Shown piece after piece: positions 1-9,299 of a stretch of 35,599 nt of DNA (position 1 is its first letter; each line of letters starts with the position of its first letter). Origin of the DNA: a virus; UHGV virus genome UHGV-0130975. One strand, 5' to 3'. Position numbers and translations under genes: made by a program. A model generated the notes under the pieces. It was not told the origin of the DNA. It did no database searches and saw only the letters and a program-made list of their open reading frames with translations.

Positions 1-1293
1 AAAGGTGTTTCCTGTAAATATAGTTGAACGGACACCATCAACAACAGCACCGGAAGCTGTCGCATCACGCCCAGATGACACAAAGTTACCAATGATAGAT
101 CCGTACGCAATGCCGTTAAGTAACCATGCGCTACCAGAAACTGCATCAAAAACAGAGTTGGATATAAATACCTGGTATCCAGCAAATTGGTCCAGCGCTG
201 TTGGCGATACCAGAGTAACTTTAGTCTGTACTGCATAATCTCCCGCAAAAAAGGTGCAGAAAGTGATACTAAGGTCTGCTGTATCCCAAACATCTATAGG
301 TGAGTTTGAGCTAAAGCACATCAAAAATTTTGGAGACTCGCTAATGAAATTTACTGTGTTAAGGTCTGATCTGCCTTCAAATCCGCTCGACCAACGTTCA
401 CATCTAAAGAAGTTAACATAGTGATAGTTGTTCATTAAAGTTCTTGAGTTGTAAAAGTACACTCTGTCGAAATCTAAGTTCTGGACATGTCGGCAAACCA
501 TCCAGTTAATTACTGTATCAGATGAAATGATCACATCCCTAAAGATGCCACCCTGTTTCCACTGACTAGCAGCCGGGCCAGACCCTGTAAGGGTAAACAT
601 AGTGAAGGTTGAATCAGAACCTAGATATTTAATCTCTGGATTTTTTGCATTACCTATAATTTCATACCTGGCAGGCAACTCAATATCACGAGTAGCCATG
701 GCATAAACACCAGATCCTCTGAGATAAATTTTCTTAGCACCTGATGCAAACGCCTTCTTAAATGCTAAAGAGTTATCAGTAATACCTCCGTCGTCTTTTC
801 CTCCGAAATCCTCAAGGAACACAAAATCATCAAGCTTATCCTGAACAGTTCTGTATACGGCACCATCAACAACAGATGGTAATCCATACTTATACTTTAC
901 TGTTTCAGGGAATGCCCCGCTTGCAAACTCTCTCTCTAGCTCCTGCCGGAACTGGTCAGGGTCATACTTCAGCACATTAGGAAAATAGAACTGCTGCGCA
1001 CCGTACGTATCATAAACAGCCATCGAATGACCTTGCACAGTTACGAATTTGGCAATCTGTCCGTTATATACTGGGTAACCAGCAGCGTTAATGATGATTG
1101 GTTGCGAAACAGGAACGTGAGAACCGTCTTCGTTCTCTACATAAACCTGAATCTGGTTTTCAGGATTTACCGGGTCAGTGTCAATTTTTCCGATATAAAT
1201 TTTGCCATTGGCAACCGCTTTAAAAGAACGCGCCATAGTGAAGAGTTGCGAAGGCATGCTTACTACAACATTGGCATTTATTGAATCTGTCAT
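1..1293 (-). CDS. Tailspike protein, 5' portion (N-terminal 431 codons; gene continues past the window start)
   Basis: Minus-strand frame opens at ATG 1293-1291 (GGAG about 8 nt upstream) and runs to position 1 with no in-frame stop (checked codon by codon). Translation [60 protein letters not shown]... matches, from memory, the conserved head-binding domain of P22/Sf6/HK620-type tailspikes; sequence after about residue 115 diverges (receptor-binding domain). Missing from the ORF track because no stop lies inside the window. Confidence 0.9.
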   Translation of the reverse strand, partial: MTDSINANVVVSMPSQLFTMARSFKAVANGKIYIGKIDTDPVNPENQIQVYVENEDGSHVPVSQPIIINAAGYPVYNGQIAKFVTVQGHSMAVYDTYGAQQFYFPNVLKYDPDQFRQELEREFASGAFPETVKYKYGLPSVVDGAVYRTVQDKLDDFVFLEDFGGKDDGGITDNSLAFKKAFASGAKKIYLRGSGVYAMATRDIELPARYEIIGNAKNPEIKYLGSDSTFTMFTLTGSGPAASQWKQGGIFRDVIISSDTVINWMVCRHVQNLDFDRVYFYNSRTLMNNYHYVNFFRCERWSSGFEGRSDLNTVNFISESPKFLMCFSSNSPIDVWDTADLSITFCTFFAGDYAVQTKVTLVSPTALDQFAGYQVFISNSVFDAVSGSAWLLNGIAYGSIIGNFVSSGRDATASGAVVDGVRSTIFTGNTF

Positions 1294-1425
1294 TTAATTT
1301 GCTCCAGATACAAGGAATCGCCGCAGCATGGCTACGGTTGGTGTTTGTTGCATACCGAAATGGTACGATTGTTGATTTGTACAGTAGGTTTTACGATGCC
1401 ATTCCACCCATTTGGTGAGGCATTG

Positions 1426-1683
1426 ATGATGTACAGCAAATACGATGAGGCGCAGTTCCACTTGAGGCTTACGCACGAGTTGCACGCTAAGATTAAGCAA
1501 CGTGCAAAAATGAATAACAGGTCTATCAATTCCGAAATTGTGGCTACGATGGAAGAATCACTCTCCAAACCATCACCTGTAAGCGGGTATCGTGATGAAG
1601 AAGAGAGGCTGGCCTCATTAATCTCGGAACGAGTAAAAGAAGTTGTGGCTGATATCCTTAGAAAAGAAAAAACCCGCGATTAA
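1426..1683 (+). CDS. mnt: Mnt-like ribbon-helix-helix repressor (85 aa)
   Basis: ATG 1426 with GGTGAGG 7 nt upstream. N-terminal RHH motif (FHLRLTHELHAKIKQRAKMNNRSINSEIV) and C-terminal SKPSPVSGYRDEEERLA segment recalled as P22 Mnt-like. The longer ORF-track start (1345) lacks an RBS. Confidence 0.75.
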   Translation: MMYSKYDEAQFHLRLTHELHAKIKQRAKMNNRSINSEIVATMEESLSKPSPVSGYRDEEERLASLISERVKEVVADILRKEKTRD

Positions 1684-1692
1684 GCGGGTTTA
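1660..1692 (-). terminator. Rho-independent terminator ending the minus-strand antirepressor operon (also a weak terminator for mnt on the plus strand)
   Basis: Hairpin AACCCGC / GCGGGTT (1671-1690) with loop containing the mnt stop codon; on the minus strand it is followed by a U-rich tract (plus-strand A-run 1660-1670). Confidence 0.6.
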
Positions 1693-1697
1693 GTTGG

Positions 1698-1919
1698 TTA
1701 GTTATCAAAAAGTCCGTACGTTTCTTCTTCTTCAGGTGTAAGGGGAAGAATCTCTACTCTATCTATAGATACCTTTTCAATGTACCCATGAGGTCTACTT
1801 AAAATTAAAGCTCTCTCATGCCACAGAACTCCAAGAATGTGATACCTTCCAGCATCGCCTTTTACCCTGGCTCTTCCTTTGATTCTTGGCGGCATAATGC
1901 CATATTTTTTCTTTGCCAT
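1698..1919 (-). CDS. Hypothetical protein (73 aa), last gene of the antirepressor operon
   Basis: ORF-track frame; its ATG overlaps the stop of the upstream antirepressor-like gene (TAATG), suggesting translational coupling. No recognisable motif. Confidence 0.4.
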   Translation of the reverse strand: MAKKKYGIMPPRIKGRARVKGDAGRYHILGVLWHERALILSRPHGYIEKVSIDRVEILPLTPEEEETYGLFDN

Positions 1920-2644
1920 TATGCAACATTACTCCCATGAATCAGGTGTTGTAGTGCTTTAACACCTTCCGCATTGTAGCGGAACGCCTCTACCTGTTTG
2001 CTGGAATGCGCAGATTTATCTAGGAAGAACTTGCCGTACTGCTCAGTTTTGAGGTTGTTTGCGTTAGCAATGCGACCAATCTTGTTGGCCGTTACTCCAA
2101 GCTGCTCTGCAACCTCCCCTGCTGAGTAGTAATGCTCTTCTATTGCTGGAAGAGGTATTGCATTAAAACCAACGATCGGGTTGATTATGCTTGCTGCCGC
2201 AGTCTGCTTTGCCTCAGGCGCAAGATTTGGCATCAGATCGAACAGATTGGTAACAGCTTCAACCGTCATTTTCAATGTTCGCGCTTGACGATACTCAACA
2301 AGTCCACTCGCTGATTTACCGCTTTTAATGTGTGCTTCCTGCATACTTTCAAGTTTGTCTACAAGTGTTCGGCGAACTGCTTTAGATTCGCGAGCAGCAA
2401 CACGAAGCGCCTGCTTGATAGTCATGGAGATAACATCAATGTCAGCCCCGTTTTTCCGACCTACACTTTTTGTGTAGGTCTCGCCCTCCAATTCATCCTC
2501 AATTTTCTCGATGAATTTGTTGTTACGTACTGATGGCTCTCCACATAACTTGCGAGCTTCATTAACCATCATCAGAAGACTTTGGCTGTCAATGGTTTTA
2601 TCCGTGACAACGGATCCGATGTTTGCTACATTCTTAAAAGTCAT
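1919..2644 (-). CDS. Antirepressor-like protein (AntA-type N-terminus, KilA-C/ANT-type C-terminus), about 242 aa
   Basis: Start placed at MTFKNVANIG (ATG 2644-2642) with AAGGA 7 nt upstream. C-terminal segment (AIEEHYYSAGEVAEQLGVTANKIGRIANANNL) resembles the HTH-containing C-terminal domain of phage antirepressors. Family assignment is from memory. Confidence 0.6.
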   Translation of the reverse strand: MTFKNVANIGSVVTDKTIDSQSLLMMVNEARKLCGEPSVRNNKFIEKIEDELEGETYTKSVGRKNGADIDVISMTIKQALRVAARESKAVRRTLVDKLESMQEAHIKSGKSASGLVEYRQARTLKMTVEAVTNLFDLMPNLAPEAKQTAAASIINPIVGFNAIPLPAIEEHYYSAGEVAEQLGVTANKIGRIANANNLKTEQYGKFFLDKSAHSSKQVEAFRYNAEGVKALQHLIHGSNVA

Positions 2645-2732
2645 TAGGCATTCCTTATGTGGTAGTAAGGGTGTGACATAGGCCGCCAGCAGCACACTGG
2701 CGGTTTTCTTTTTGCGCCGTCCGGCGCACCAA

Positions 2733-3359
2733 TCAATGAATCCATTCCTCGCCGCGCAGTTTTGCCAGTATTGGCTGAGCGTTCTTTACGACAAAATTGT
2801 TGGTATCAAGATTCTTCATTTCACGAAGAAGTGATTTCTTGGTTTCTTCTGACATGTAGCGAGTCTCATATGCAATATCGTAAATCCTTCCTGAAAGCTC
2901 AGAACCAATTTGCTTCATTCCTGGGTAGATGTGTTTGCACATTTGTTGACTCTTCTCCATCCACAATTGTAAGTAGCAGAGATTAACCAGTTCTTCGTCA
3001 GTAAACTGTTTTGCAATCGGTGAGCATTCTGCCTGCCGATCCAAAATATCCAGCACCCAGCGGCGGAACTCTTTGGCTACCGGAGTGCGAGCAAACATCG
3101 CGATTAGGTGGGCACCGCGTAGTGAGAAAACTCGCACTTTTTTGCGATAATTTCCTGAGGTACTCACTTCGAGTACCTGAGTCATTCCGGCGCTAAACTC
3201 ATCGCTATACTTGTTATAAATCATTGTTACTGCACGACTATTTGCGTATTTAAGTGCAGATGCAATATTAGATGATGTAAACCAAACACCATGCATATCA
3301 CGGGTGGGCACCAACTCAACTCCGTGGAAGTTGTAATCTGATTTTGCTACAATATTCAT
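2733..3359 (-). CDS. ant: Antirepressor Ant with Bro-N domain (about 208 aa)
   Basis: Start at MNIVAKSDYNFHG (ATG 3359-3357) with AAGGA RBS. N-terminal segment NFHGVELVPTRDMHGVWFTSSNIASALKYAN is a typical Bro-N/AntA motif. Sits directly downstream of arc as in P22 immI. ORF-track start 3443 would overlap arc and lacks an RBS. Confidence 0.7.
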   Translation of the reverse strand: MNIVAKSDYNFHGVELVPTRDMHGVWFTSSNIASALKYANSRAVTMIYNKYSDEFSAGMTQVLEVSTSGNYRKKVRVFSLRGAHLIAMFARTPVAKEFRRWVLDILDRQAECSPIAKQFTDEELVNLCYLQLWMEKSQQMCKHIYPGMKQIGSELSGRIYDIAYETRYMSEETKKSLLREMKNLDTNNFVVKNAQPILAKLRGEEWIH

Positions 3360-3432
3360 GTTAGTTTCCTTGCATACGGTTACTGACATAGAGGCCCAGT
3401 TTGTGTTCGCGCACTGCTGGGCTTCACTATTT

Positions 3433-3606
3433 TTACTGGGCATTAGCTCTTTCCTCTCTCAGGCTTTTAGCCAGTCGCTGCACAATCGCAGAGTTGATAG
3501 AAATTCCATCCATTTCAGCAACACGTCTAATCTCCTCCTTCATTCGCGCTGGCAAACGAAGCTGAAAACTTTGACTTTTACGACCTGTGTAAAGCACATC
3601 TTTCAT
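3433..3606 (-). CDS. arc: Arc-like ribbon-helix-helix repressor (57 aa)
   Basis: Not in the ORF track (under 60 aa). ATG 3606-3604 preceded by a perfect AGGAGG 7 nt upstream. Translation MKDVLYTGRKSQSFQLRLPARMKEEIRRVAEMDGISINSAIVQRLAKSLREERANAQ has the RHH beta-strand/helix pattern (QLRLP...INSAIV) of P22 Arc. Confidence 0.7.
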   Translation of the reverse strand: MKDVLYTGRKSQSFQLRLPARMKEEIRRVAEMDGISINSAIVQRLAKSLREERANAQ

Positions 3607-3618
3607 AAGTAATCCTCC

Positions 3619-3675
3619 TATAATGATACCAACTTGGTTCTAGAACCAATTTAACACCATTTATTTTGATGTCAA
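3619..3675. promoter_or_regulatory. Divergent promoter/operator region between arc-ant (minus) and the 106-aa RHH gene (plus)
   Basis: Perfect 16-bp palindrome TTGGTTCTAGAACCAA at 3634-3649 with a partial repeat AAGTTGGT at 3674-3681. Plus-strand TATAAT at 3619-3624; minus-strand TTGACA (complement of 3670-3675) with a TAAATT/TTAAAT -10 candidate overlapping the palindrome. Confidence 0.55.
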
Positions 3676-3717
3676 GTTGGTGCTATTGTTTAGCGAACAT
3701 CTTTACGTTGAGGTCAT

Positions 3718-4038
3718 ATGAGCAAGTTCCCTAGTCATGAAATGGATAGGTTCAATATCAGGCTTCCTGCAGGAATGCGGGATGCTATAGCTGAACGAGC
3801 CAAACGTAACGGCAGATCAATGAACTCAGAGATTGTTCAGATACTGGAAGATGCCTTGAATGCAGAAAATACACTCGGGGAAATAGCAGATAAAATCAAC
3901 AGCGTCTCGGTTCCGCTAAATGTTGATGCGCTAGTTCAACTTCAAGCCCAGGTTATCGCCATGCAAAAAGAAATACAGGAAAAGTTCAGAGAGCAGAACG
4001 AAAAGTTGAGAGAACTGCTAAACAAAAAACCCACCTGA
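3718..4038 (+). CDS. Ribbon-helix-helix (Arc/Mnt family) repressor with C-terminal coiled coil (106 aa)
   Basis: N-terminal FNIRLPAGMRDAIAERAKRNGRSMNSEIVQILEDAL is a classic Arc/MetJ RHH signature; C-terminus is heptad-like (LVQLQAQVIAMQKEIQEKFREQNEKLRELL). Transcribed divergently from arc-ant, the position P22 mnt occupies. Confidence 0.7.
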   Translation: MSKFPSHEMDRFNIRLPAGMRDAIAERAKRNGRSMNSEIVQILEDALNAENTLGEIADKINSVSVPLNVDALVQLQAQVIAMQKEIQEKFREQNEKLRELLNKKPT

Positions 4039-4063
4039 AGGTGGGTTAATTTTTGCCTTTTTT
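4027..4063 (+). terminator. Rho-independent terminator after the 106-aa RHH gene
   Basis: Hairpin AAAACCCACC-TGAA-GGTGGGTT (4027-4047) followed by AATTTTTGCCTTTTTT. Confidence 0.7.
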
Positions 4064-4136
4064 GGACCATATTGACTACTCATAAAATGAGATCAATATT
4101 TAATCGCCCAATAACGAGTGCATGTTGAGGTATATC

Positions 4137-4316
4137 ATGGCGAAAAAACCAGGTGAAAACACAGGAAAAAACGGCGGAATATACCAAGAAGTTGGCCCGC
4201 GCGGCGGTAAGAAAGACAATTTTGCCACCGTCAAGGACAACGAAAGGCTTCCACCAACAACAAAGCCAGGTCATGGCTGGGTATTAGATAAGCGAACTCC
4301 AGACAGCAAAAAGTAA
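4137..4316 (+). CDS. Small YjzC-like protein (59 aa)
   Basis: ATG 4137 with GAGG 6 nt upstream. MAKKPGENTGKNGGIYQEVGPRGGKKDNFATVKDNERLPPTTKPGHGWVL resembles, from memory, the KPGE...NGG.Y.E.G...G...LPPT...GHxW pattern of the YjzC-like small-protein family. Own terminator immediately downstream. Confidence 0.5.
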   Translation: MAKKPGENTGKNGGIYQEVGPRGGKKDNFATVKDNERLPPTTKPGHGWVLDKRTPDSKK

Positions 4317-4321
4317 TAATC

Positions 4322-4346
4322 AAGCCGGGTCACTCCGGCTTTTTGA
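4322..4346 (+). terminator. Rho-independent terminator after the YjzC-like gene
   Basis: AGCCGG-GTCACT-CCGGCT hairpin followed by TTTTT (4341-4345). Confidence 0.6.
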
Positions 4347-4695
4347 TATGTCGCTCGCAGAACTCAACAAGCCTGCTCATTAAGTAGCAGTAAGTCTCGT
4401 TGGCTCTTCCTGGTTCAACATCAACACCGACCCTTGAGCAGATATCGAATGCCATGTGAGCGCACTCATGGGCAATAGTAGATAGTTTGCCATTGAACAC
4501 GCCTATCACATGCAAAACACCATTCTCGCTGCTCATTGTATGAGACGCTCCGTTGGCATCCGAGTCCTGCACGTCCACACCAAGTTTTTGATGCAGGCGT
4601 TGCCATTCTGGAAAGTCTCTACAAAACACAATTGTACCGCTCTCAAAGAGCGGAACGAGCATTTTTGGTACGTTTCCAATGTTAACTTTTTTCAT
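4330..4695 (-). CDS. HExxH-motif protein (121 aa), possible small zincin-like metallopeptidase-fold protein
   Basis: ORF-track frame. Contains AHECAHMAF, i.e. an HExxH motif in a predicted helix, with a downstream acidic residue (VEPGRANETY) that could serve as a third ligand. Co-directional with the late operon, in the position where P22 carries sieA. Confidence 0.55.
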   Translation of the reverse strand: MKKVNIGNVPKMLVPLFESGTIVFCRDFPEWQRLHQKLGVDVQDSDANGASHTMSSENGVLHVIGVFNGKLSTIAHECAHMAFDICSRVGVDVEPGRANETYCYLMSRLVEFCERHIKKPE

Positions 4696-4725
4696 GGTAT
4701 CCTGCGCAAAACTAAGGAGGTTGGT

Positions 4726-5055
4726 GTGCTTGAATGGTTTCTGTTGGCTGCATTAGTCGTTTCTAGTTTGGTGTATGAGTATCGAATGCACTCTCTAACA
4801 AAAAAAATAGGAATTCTAGAAAACGAATATTGTGCTCTCAAATCCTCACTGGAACGTGAGCAAGGAGACTTAAAAATCTCTCTGTCTAGCATTGAGCGTT
4901 CTATAGAGAGCCTAGAGGATAAGGTTGATCGTATAAAGAATGAGGATATTCATGATATTAAGGACGACATATCCTTCTTAAAATCTTGGTTGAAAAATGT
5001 TGGTAAAATTGCCACATCAACACGAGATAAGCTCAATCCATCCATGGATGACTAA
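4726..5055 (+). CDS. Small membrane-anchored coiled-coil protein (110 aa, GTG start), low-GC moron
   Basis: GTG 4726 preceded by AAGGAGG 5 nt upstream. N-terminal hydrophobic helix (LEWFLLAALVVSSLVY) followed by a heptad-rich charged region (ILENEYCALKSSLEREQGDLKISLSSIERSIESLEDKVDRIKNEDIHDI). The ORF-track upstream extension is noncoding-looking. Visibly AT-richer than the flanking late genes; stop abuts the gp16 stop (convergent). Confidence 0.55.
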   Translation: MLEWFLLAALVVSSLVYEYRMHSLTKKIGILENEYCALKSSLEREQGDLKISLSSIERSIESLEDKVDRIKNEDIHDIKDDISFLKSWLKNVGKIATSTRDKLNPSMDD

Positions 5056-7182
5056 TTACTCCTGTGCCATTCCGCTAAGCGATGCCACAATTCCAGCCCT
5101 TGCTAAACGCTGGAACTCTTCGTTTCCTAGTGCCTCGCGTATTGCTTTTACGGCGGCCTTATTTGCCATAAATCTGCGTTCCGCCGCCGCTAATGCTTCT
5201 TTGCTTCCGCCTGCTCTTACTGCTTTAGTTGCTTCCTGAACTGCTTTCTCTATCGCATACCGACCACTACGTGTGGTGGCAATTTTAGATACAGCGCCTT
5301 TTAACCCAGCGCCAACTAAAGCACCTGCGGCAGCGCCTGCAATGCCTCCTCCAGCGCCACCAACAATGGCACCTGATGTTGAATTGGCAATTGCATTTAA
5401 CACTGTTGATGTGACGTTGGATAAACCAGCATCCAGATCGCGTAGTACATTGGCAGTTCTACCTGTTCTTTCAATATACTGCTGAGGTTTCACTGCTGCT
5501 CTTGCAAGAGTGCCATATGCATCAGCAATTCTTCCAAGCTCTGAGGAATATCGGCTAATGGCTTTTACATTTTGTGGAGTCAGTATCTCTGCGATATGGT
5601 TAATTCCTGCTGCATCAGCTTTGCCACCACGTACACCATGCGAGATAGCATCTTGCAACATTGATGAAATAGCAGGAACACGCTCTGATTCTGGCAGCGC
5701 GCGGATCATAGAATGGAATCCAGCAGGACCATTAAGACCTTTAGCTGACGATGATTGAAGGGATTTTACTCCATTCGTAATCAGTGCATCTGTTGCCAAA
5801 TCACGCCCGAAAACAGACTCTGCACTCTCTTGTGCTGATAACCTCGCTTTAGACAGATCATTAGCTTTCTGCCAGTCATCAAGAAATCCGCCGTTTTCCG
5901 CCATTGTGCGCATATCATCAGTAATTGCCCGGCGTATTTCCCCTGCTCTCCTTGCCGCATTTGCCTCTCCGCTACGCTTATATTTTTGCTCCGCATCAGC
6001 AAATTTCGCTCTCCATGCTTTCATGCCATCAAATGTTACTCCACCTTGATTGTTTGCCTGAACAAACTGTTTCATTTCAGGAGTAAGCGGTATGCCAGCA
6101 GATCGCTCTGCCTGAATAACGGCATTACCATTTAGCATTCTTGCTTTTTGATTTGGCATTGTTGACCGCACGTCATCCCATGCCGCGCGCTCGGCATCCT
6201 TCATCTGATCAAGATTTTGAAGAATCCTTTGTTTTATAGCCGCACTTTTTTCTGATGCCGTTCCAGATGTGGCCCCAAATTCATCAAGGTTTCGACTTAA
6301 CTTTGATGATATTTCGTTAAATGCTGCCTGATGGGCGTCCTGAACAATTCCAGGTGTTGATGCCAATGCGCCTTCGGCTTGTGCAATTCCACGACTTCCA
6401 GATCGCATTCCTGGTGTTAATGCGTTTATATCAATTCCAGCAGACTCAGCCGCTTTTGCTACATCTTCGGACACATTAGCGGCCTGACTGGCAATTGACT
6501 GACGCCCAGCACCTGACTTTGCCATCCTAGAAACATCATTAGCAGAATTCAGTGCTGCACCACCAAGAGCCTGTGAAACCCTTGGCGCAATAACGCGCCC
6601 GACACCTGAAAGAACGCCTTGAGCACCAATATTGATACCACCGTTAATGGCAGCATTTTGTGCAAAATCACCCTCCTGATTTGCAGCATCAGCAAGAGAA
6701 CCTGCAATCATGTTTCCTGCGGAACCGATGTCTCCTGCGAGCTTTGCTGGCGCTCCAGCAACTTTTGCCGCTGTGCCAATTGGCAGGAGATACCCACCAA
6801 TTGTTTCACCGGCTTGCGCCCAAGGGTCTGTCGGTCGATCGACAGGGCGATAAACATCATCCAAAACCTTGGGGCCACCAAGCCCCTGGCTGATTGCATT
6901 AATCAGACTTGCGCCACCCTGCAATACGTCAAATGGTATGTTTACCAGACCACGACCAGCCTGTTCTGCAATTTGCCCTGCACTTTGACCACCAGTGAGC
7001 CAATCGCCAGCTTGTTGCATCAATGATGGTTCTTCCCGTGTTGGTGCATTATTGTCCTGATTAACTGTTTGTTGCTGAACAGCCTGACCAGCAAAATACT
7101 CATCAATGGCGGTGCCAATATCTTCCGTGCTCGTACCATCAGGGAAGGTAAATGTCTTACCGTTTGCAGTTACTTTCATCAT
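5056..7182 (-). CDS. DNA ejection (injection) protein, P22 gp16-like (708 aa)
   Basis: Last gene of the late operon in the P22 order 7-20-16; Gly/Ala-rich with a C-terminal [17 protein letters not shown] hydrophobic segment typical of ejection proteins. Confidence 0.8.
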   Translation of the reverse strand: MMKVTANGKTFTFPDGTSTEDIGTAIDEYFAGQAVQQQTVNQDNNAPTREEPSLMQQAGDWLTGGQSAGQIAEQAGRGLVNIPFDVLQGGASLINAISQGLGGPKVLDDVYRPVDRPTDPWAQAGETIGGYLLPIGTAAKVAGAPAKLAGDIGSAGNMIAGSLADAANQEGDFAQNAAINGGINIGAQGVLSGVGRVIAPRVSQALGGAALNSANDVSRMAKSGAGRQSIASQAANVSEDVAKAAESAGIDINALTPGMRSGSRGIAQAEGALASTPGIVQDAHQAAFNEISSKLSRNLDEFGATSGTASEKSAAIKQRILQNLDQMKDAERAAWDDVRSTMPNQKARMLNGNAVIQAERSAGIPLTPEMKQFVQANNQGGVTFDGMKAWRAKFADAEQKYKRSGEANAARRAGEIRRAITDDMRTMAENGGFLDDWQKANDLSKARLSAQESAESVFGRDLATDALITNGVKSLQSSSAKGLNGPAGFHSMIRALPESERVPAISSMLQDAISHGVRGGKADAAGINHIAEILTPQNVKAISRYSSELGRIADAYGTLARAAVKPQQYIERTGRTANVLRDLDAGLSNVTSTVLNAIANSTSGAIVGGAGGGIAGAAAGALVGAGLKGAVSKIATTRSGRYAIEKAVQEATKAVRAGGSKEALAAAERRFMANKAAVKAIREALGNEEFQRLARAGIVASLSGMAQE

Positions 7183-8594
7183 TCCACCGTAAATTGAATG
7201 CCTGATTTTGAGGTATATGATCCAACCTGATTCGGTGTTTCTCCTGAAGGTGTCGAATCTTGCGCTGGTGCTGCGTCAGTATTCATTGACATATACCGCT
7301 TAACGGCACTCCCCAATGATTCACCTTTTTTAACATCCAACCCCAATATCTGACCGCCATTACGCGATTGTCCAGGGTTGCCATTCGCGCTCATCCACTC
7401 GGCTTTAAACTCATTAAACTGCGCGTTTCGTCGCTCAAGGTTTGCCATTGCATCAAGCCATCTTGCGACCGTCTCAGGGTTATCCATGTCAGTTGGCGCA
7501 CCCTGTCGAACGATCTCAACGTCTTTATCCGTTGCTGGGCCGGGAGGTAGGAATTTAAGAACCTGACTGTTAACAAGGGCATTTTGGCGAATGCGCAAAT
7601 CACGCAATGTTGTATCGCTTCCGGTAAGTTTTGCGAACATGTTCTGTGCGTTACCGAACAAACCTGTCGTTGGTTTTTCTGCTCTGAACTGTTGAGCAAG
7701 CGCACTCATAGAATTGGCTGAGTTTGATGATGCTGTAGCATTGTTTACAGCCGTCTCGATGCCTTTTTCCATGTTTACTGACAGCTTAGGTGCTTCGCTA
7801 ATCAACTGCTGAGCCTTTTCCTGCGCTTGCTGCATCTTAAACCCGAACTCTTGCTGATCCAGAGCCAAGCGTTGTGCTGCGATATTGTGCCCAGTCATTG
7901 CTGACTGATAGGAAAGGTTTTGCCCTCTCGCCTGAAGTGCTTCACCAGCCTGATTGCTGCGGATTGTCTCTGCAAGTTTTCCGCGATCAATCTCACGACC
8001 AGCCATCTTGTCCTGAACAGCAAACGCCTTTTCTGGTCCAAGCGCACCGAGAGACATAGTAGTCAGCATGTGTGATAGCTGCTCTGGATTCTGGATACCT
8101 GTCTGAATCATCCAGTCAGCATTAACACCAACGCGATTTAACCTGTCCTTGTTGTCAGTAATGAATTTACTGTAGGCTTCCGGTCCCTGAGAAAGAGCGA
8201 CGTTAGCCCTCATGGCTAAATCGCCCATATCGTTGCGTTGCTGCTCATTAAGACCGGAAAACGCCTGTTGTGCCTGCGCAACAAACGCTGGATTTTCCTT
8301 GGCAAACTTAAATAGTCCCGATGGATCACCAGAAGCCCATGCATCAGCATGAACCTTATTGAACGCATTAATCGCTTTCTGTTGCTGTTCCTGCTTATAA
8401 ATATCAGCAACTCCAGCCAGACCACGTAACGCGGTCAGACCAACGTTATTTGCACCTGAGCGAGCCAGTTCATTGTTTTCGCGGATCAGACCAAGCGTTG
8501 CGTTAATGTCGCTTGCCTTTGGCGCATTCTCATTTTGCGTACCGATGCCAGCCAGAAAACCACCAGAATTAATACCCTGTTGCCACGTAGCCAT
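7179..8594 (-). CDS. DNA ejection protein, P22 gp20-like (471 aa)
   Basis: Position between gp7-like and gp16-like genes; 471 aa, the length recalled for P22 gp20; start overlaps upstream gene. Confidence 0.8.
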   Translation of the reverse strand: MATWQQGINSGGFLAGIGTQNENAPKASDINATLGLIRENNELARSGANNVGLTALRGLAGVADIYKQEQQQKAINAFNKVHADAWASGDPSGLFKFAKENPAFVAQAQQAFSGLNEQQRNDMGDLAMRANVALSQGPEAYSKFITDNKDRLNRVGVNADWMIQTGIQNPEQLSHMLTTMSLGALGPEKAFAVQDKMAGREIDRGKLAETIRSNQAGEALQARGQNLSYQSAMTGHNIAAQRLALDQQEFGFKMQQAQEKAQQLISEAPKLSVNMEKGIETAVNNATASSNSANSMSALAQQFRAEKPTTGLFGNAQNMFAKLTGSDTTLRDLRIRQNALVNSQVLKFLPPGPATDKDVEIVRQGAPTDMDNPETVARWLDAMANLERRNAQFNEFKAEWMSANGNPGQSRNGGQILGLDVKKGESLGSAVKRYMSMNTDAAPAQDSTPSGETPNQVGSYTSKSGIQFTVE

Positions 8595-8604
8595 TGATTA
8601 CCCC

Positions 8605-9297
8605 TTAAAACAACGAGCCAAGCAGACCAAGACCAGCACCGATACCAGCACCCCACGGAGTTGATAGCTCGAGAGCACTGGCTATGCCACCACCCAAAAG
8701 CGCACCGGATGCAGCACCACTAACCCCCTGCTGCAATGCTGACGGTCGGTTGGCGTTTGCCGCAGCCAGCGCCGCGCTTTGCTGTGAAATCTGACTCATG
8801 TTGTTGGCATATGTTTGCCCGGCGTTTGCCTGCCCCTGAAGAGCGCCAAGACCGATATTTGCCAGGTTGTTGTAATTGTTCATTTGTCCAGATAGCCATT
8901 GCTGACCAAGCGTTGGTGCGATTGTTGCTAACTGATTACTGGTTGCAGTGGAACCCAATCCACCTGTTGCTTCCGCTGCCGCCAGACTCTGATAGCGAGC
9001 CTGACCTGCAAGGTCTTTGTACTGCTGAGAGTTGTAATACTGGTTAAGTGCCTGACCTTGCCCCTCCAGAGACGATAAGTTCTCGAGGCTGCCGACATAC
9101 TTCTCAGCCAGAGGAGTAAACGGCTTCAGGTTGTTCATGATGGTGTTGAACTGCTGATTTTGCAGGTCTGCGGCATACTTCTGAGCTTCTGCTGCATACT
9201 TTGCGCTTTTATCAGAGCTACCACCTTTCCCGCCTTTTTCAGGGCACCAAGGTTCCTCGCCGCGCAGTTTTCTGCCCAGCTTAAATGCATATAACAT
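8605..9297 (-). CDS. DNA ejection protein, P22 gp7-like (230 aa)
   Basis: Gene order and size (P22 gp7 is about 229 aa); N-terminal region LKPFTPLAEKYVGSLE and a Gln/Ala/Gly-rich C-terminus ending in a hydrophobic Gly-rich segment. Confidence 0.75.
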   Translation of the reverse strand: MLYAFKLGRKLRGEEPWCPEKGGKGGSSDKSAKYAAEAQKYAADLQNQQFNTIMNNLKPFTPLAEKYVGSLENLSSLEGQGQALNQYYNSQQYKDLAGQARYQSLAAAEATGGLGSTATSNQLATIAPTLGQQWLSGQMNNYNNLANIGLGALQGQANAGQTYANNMSQISQQSAALAAANANRPSALQQGVSGAASGALLGGGIASALELSTPWGAGIGAGLGLLGSLF

Positions 9298-9299
9298 GG

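Noticed and set aside
5-1284. Plus-strand ORFs 5-238 and 1027-1284 from the ORF track
   Set aside because: They lie antisense inside the tailspike coding region, whose minus-strand translation matches a conserved tailspike head-binding domain; there is no RBS or homology support for the plus-strand frames.
4072-4100. Candidate sigma-70 promoter (TTGACT-N17-AATATT) for the YjzC-like gene
   Set aside because: Plausible but the -10 match is weak; not reported as a feature without transcript evidence.
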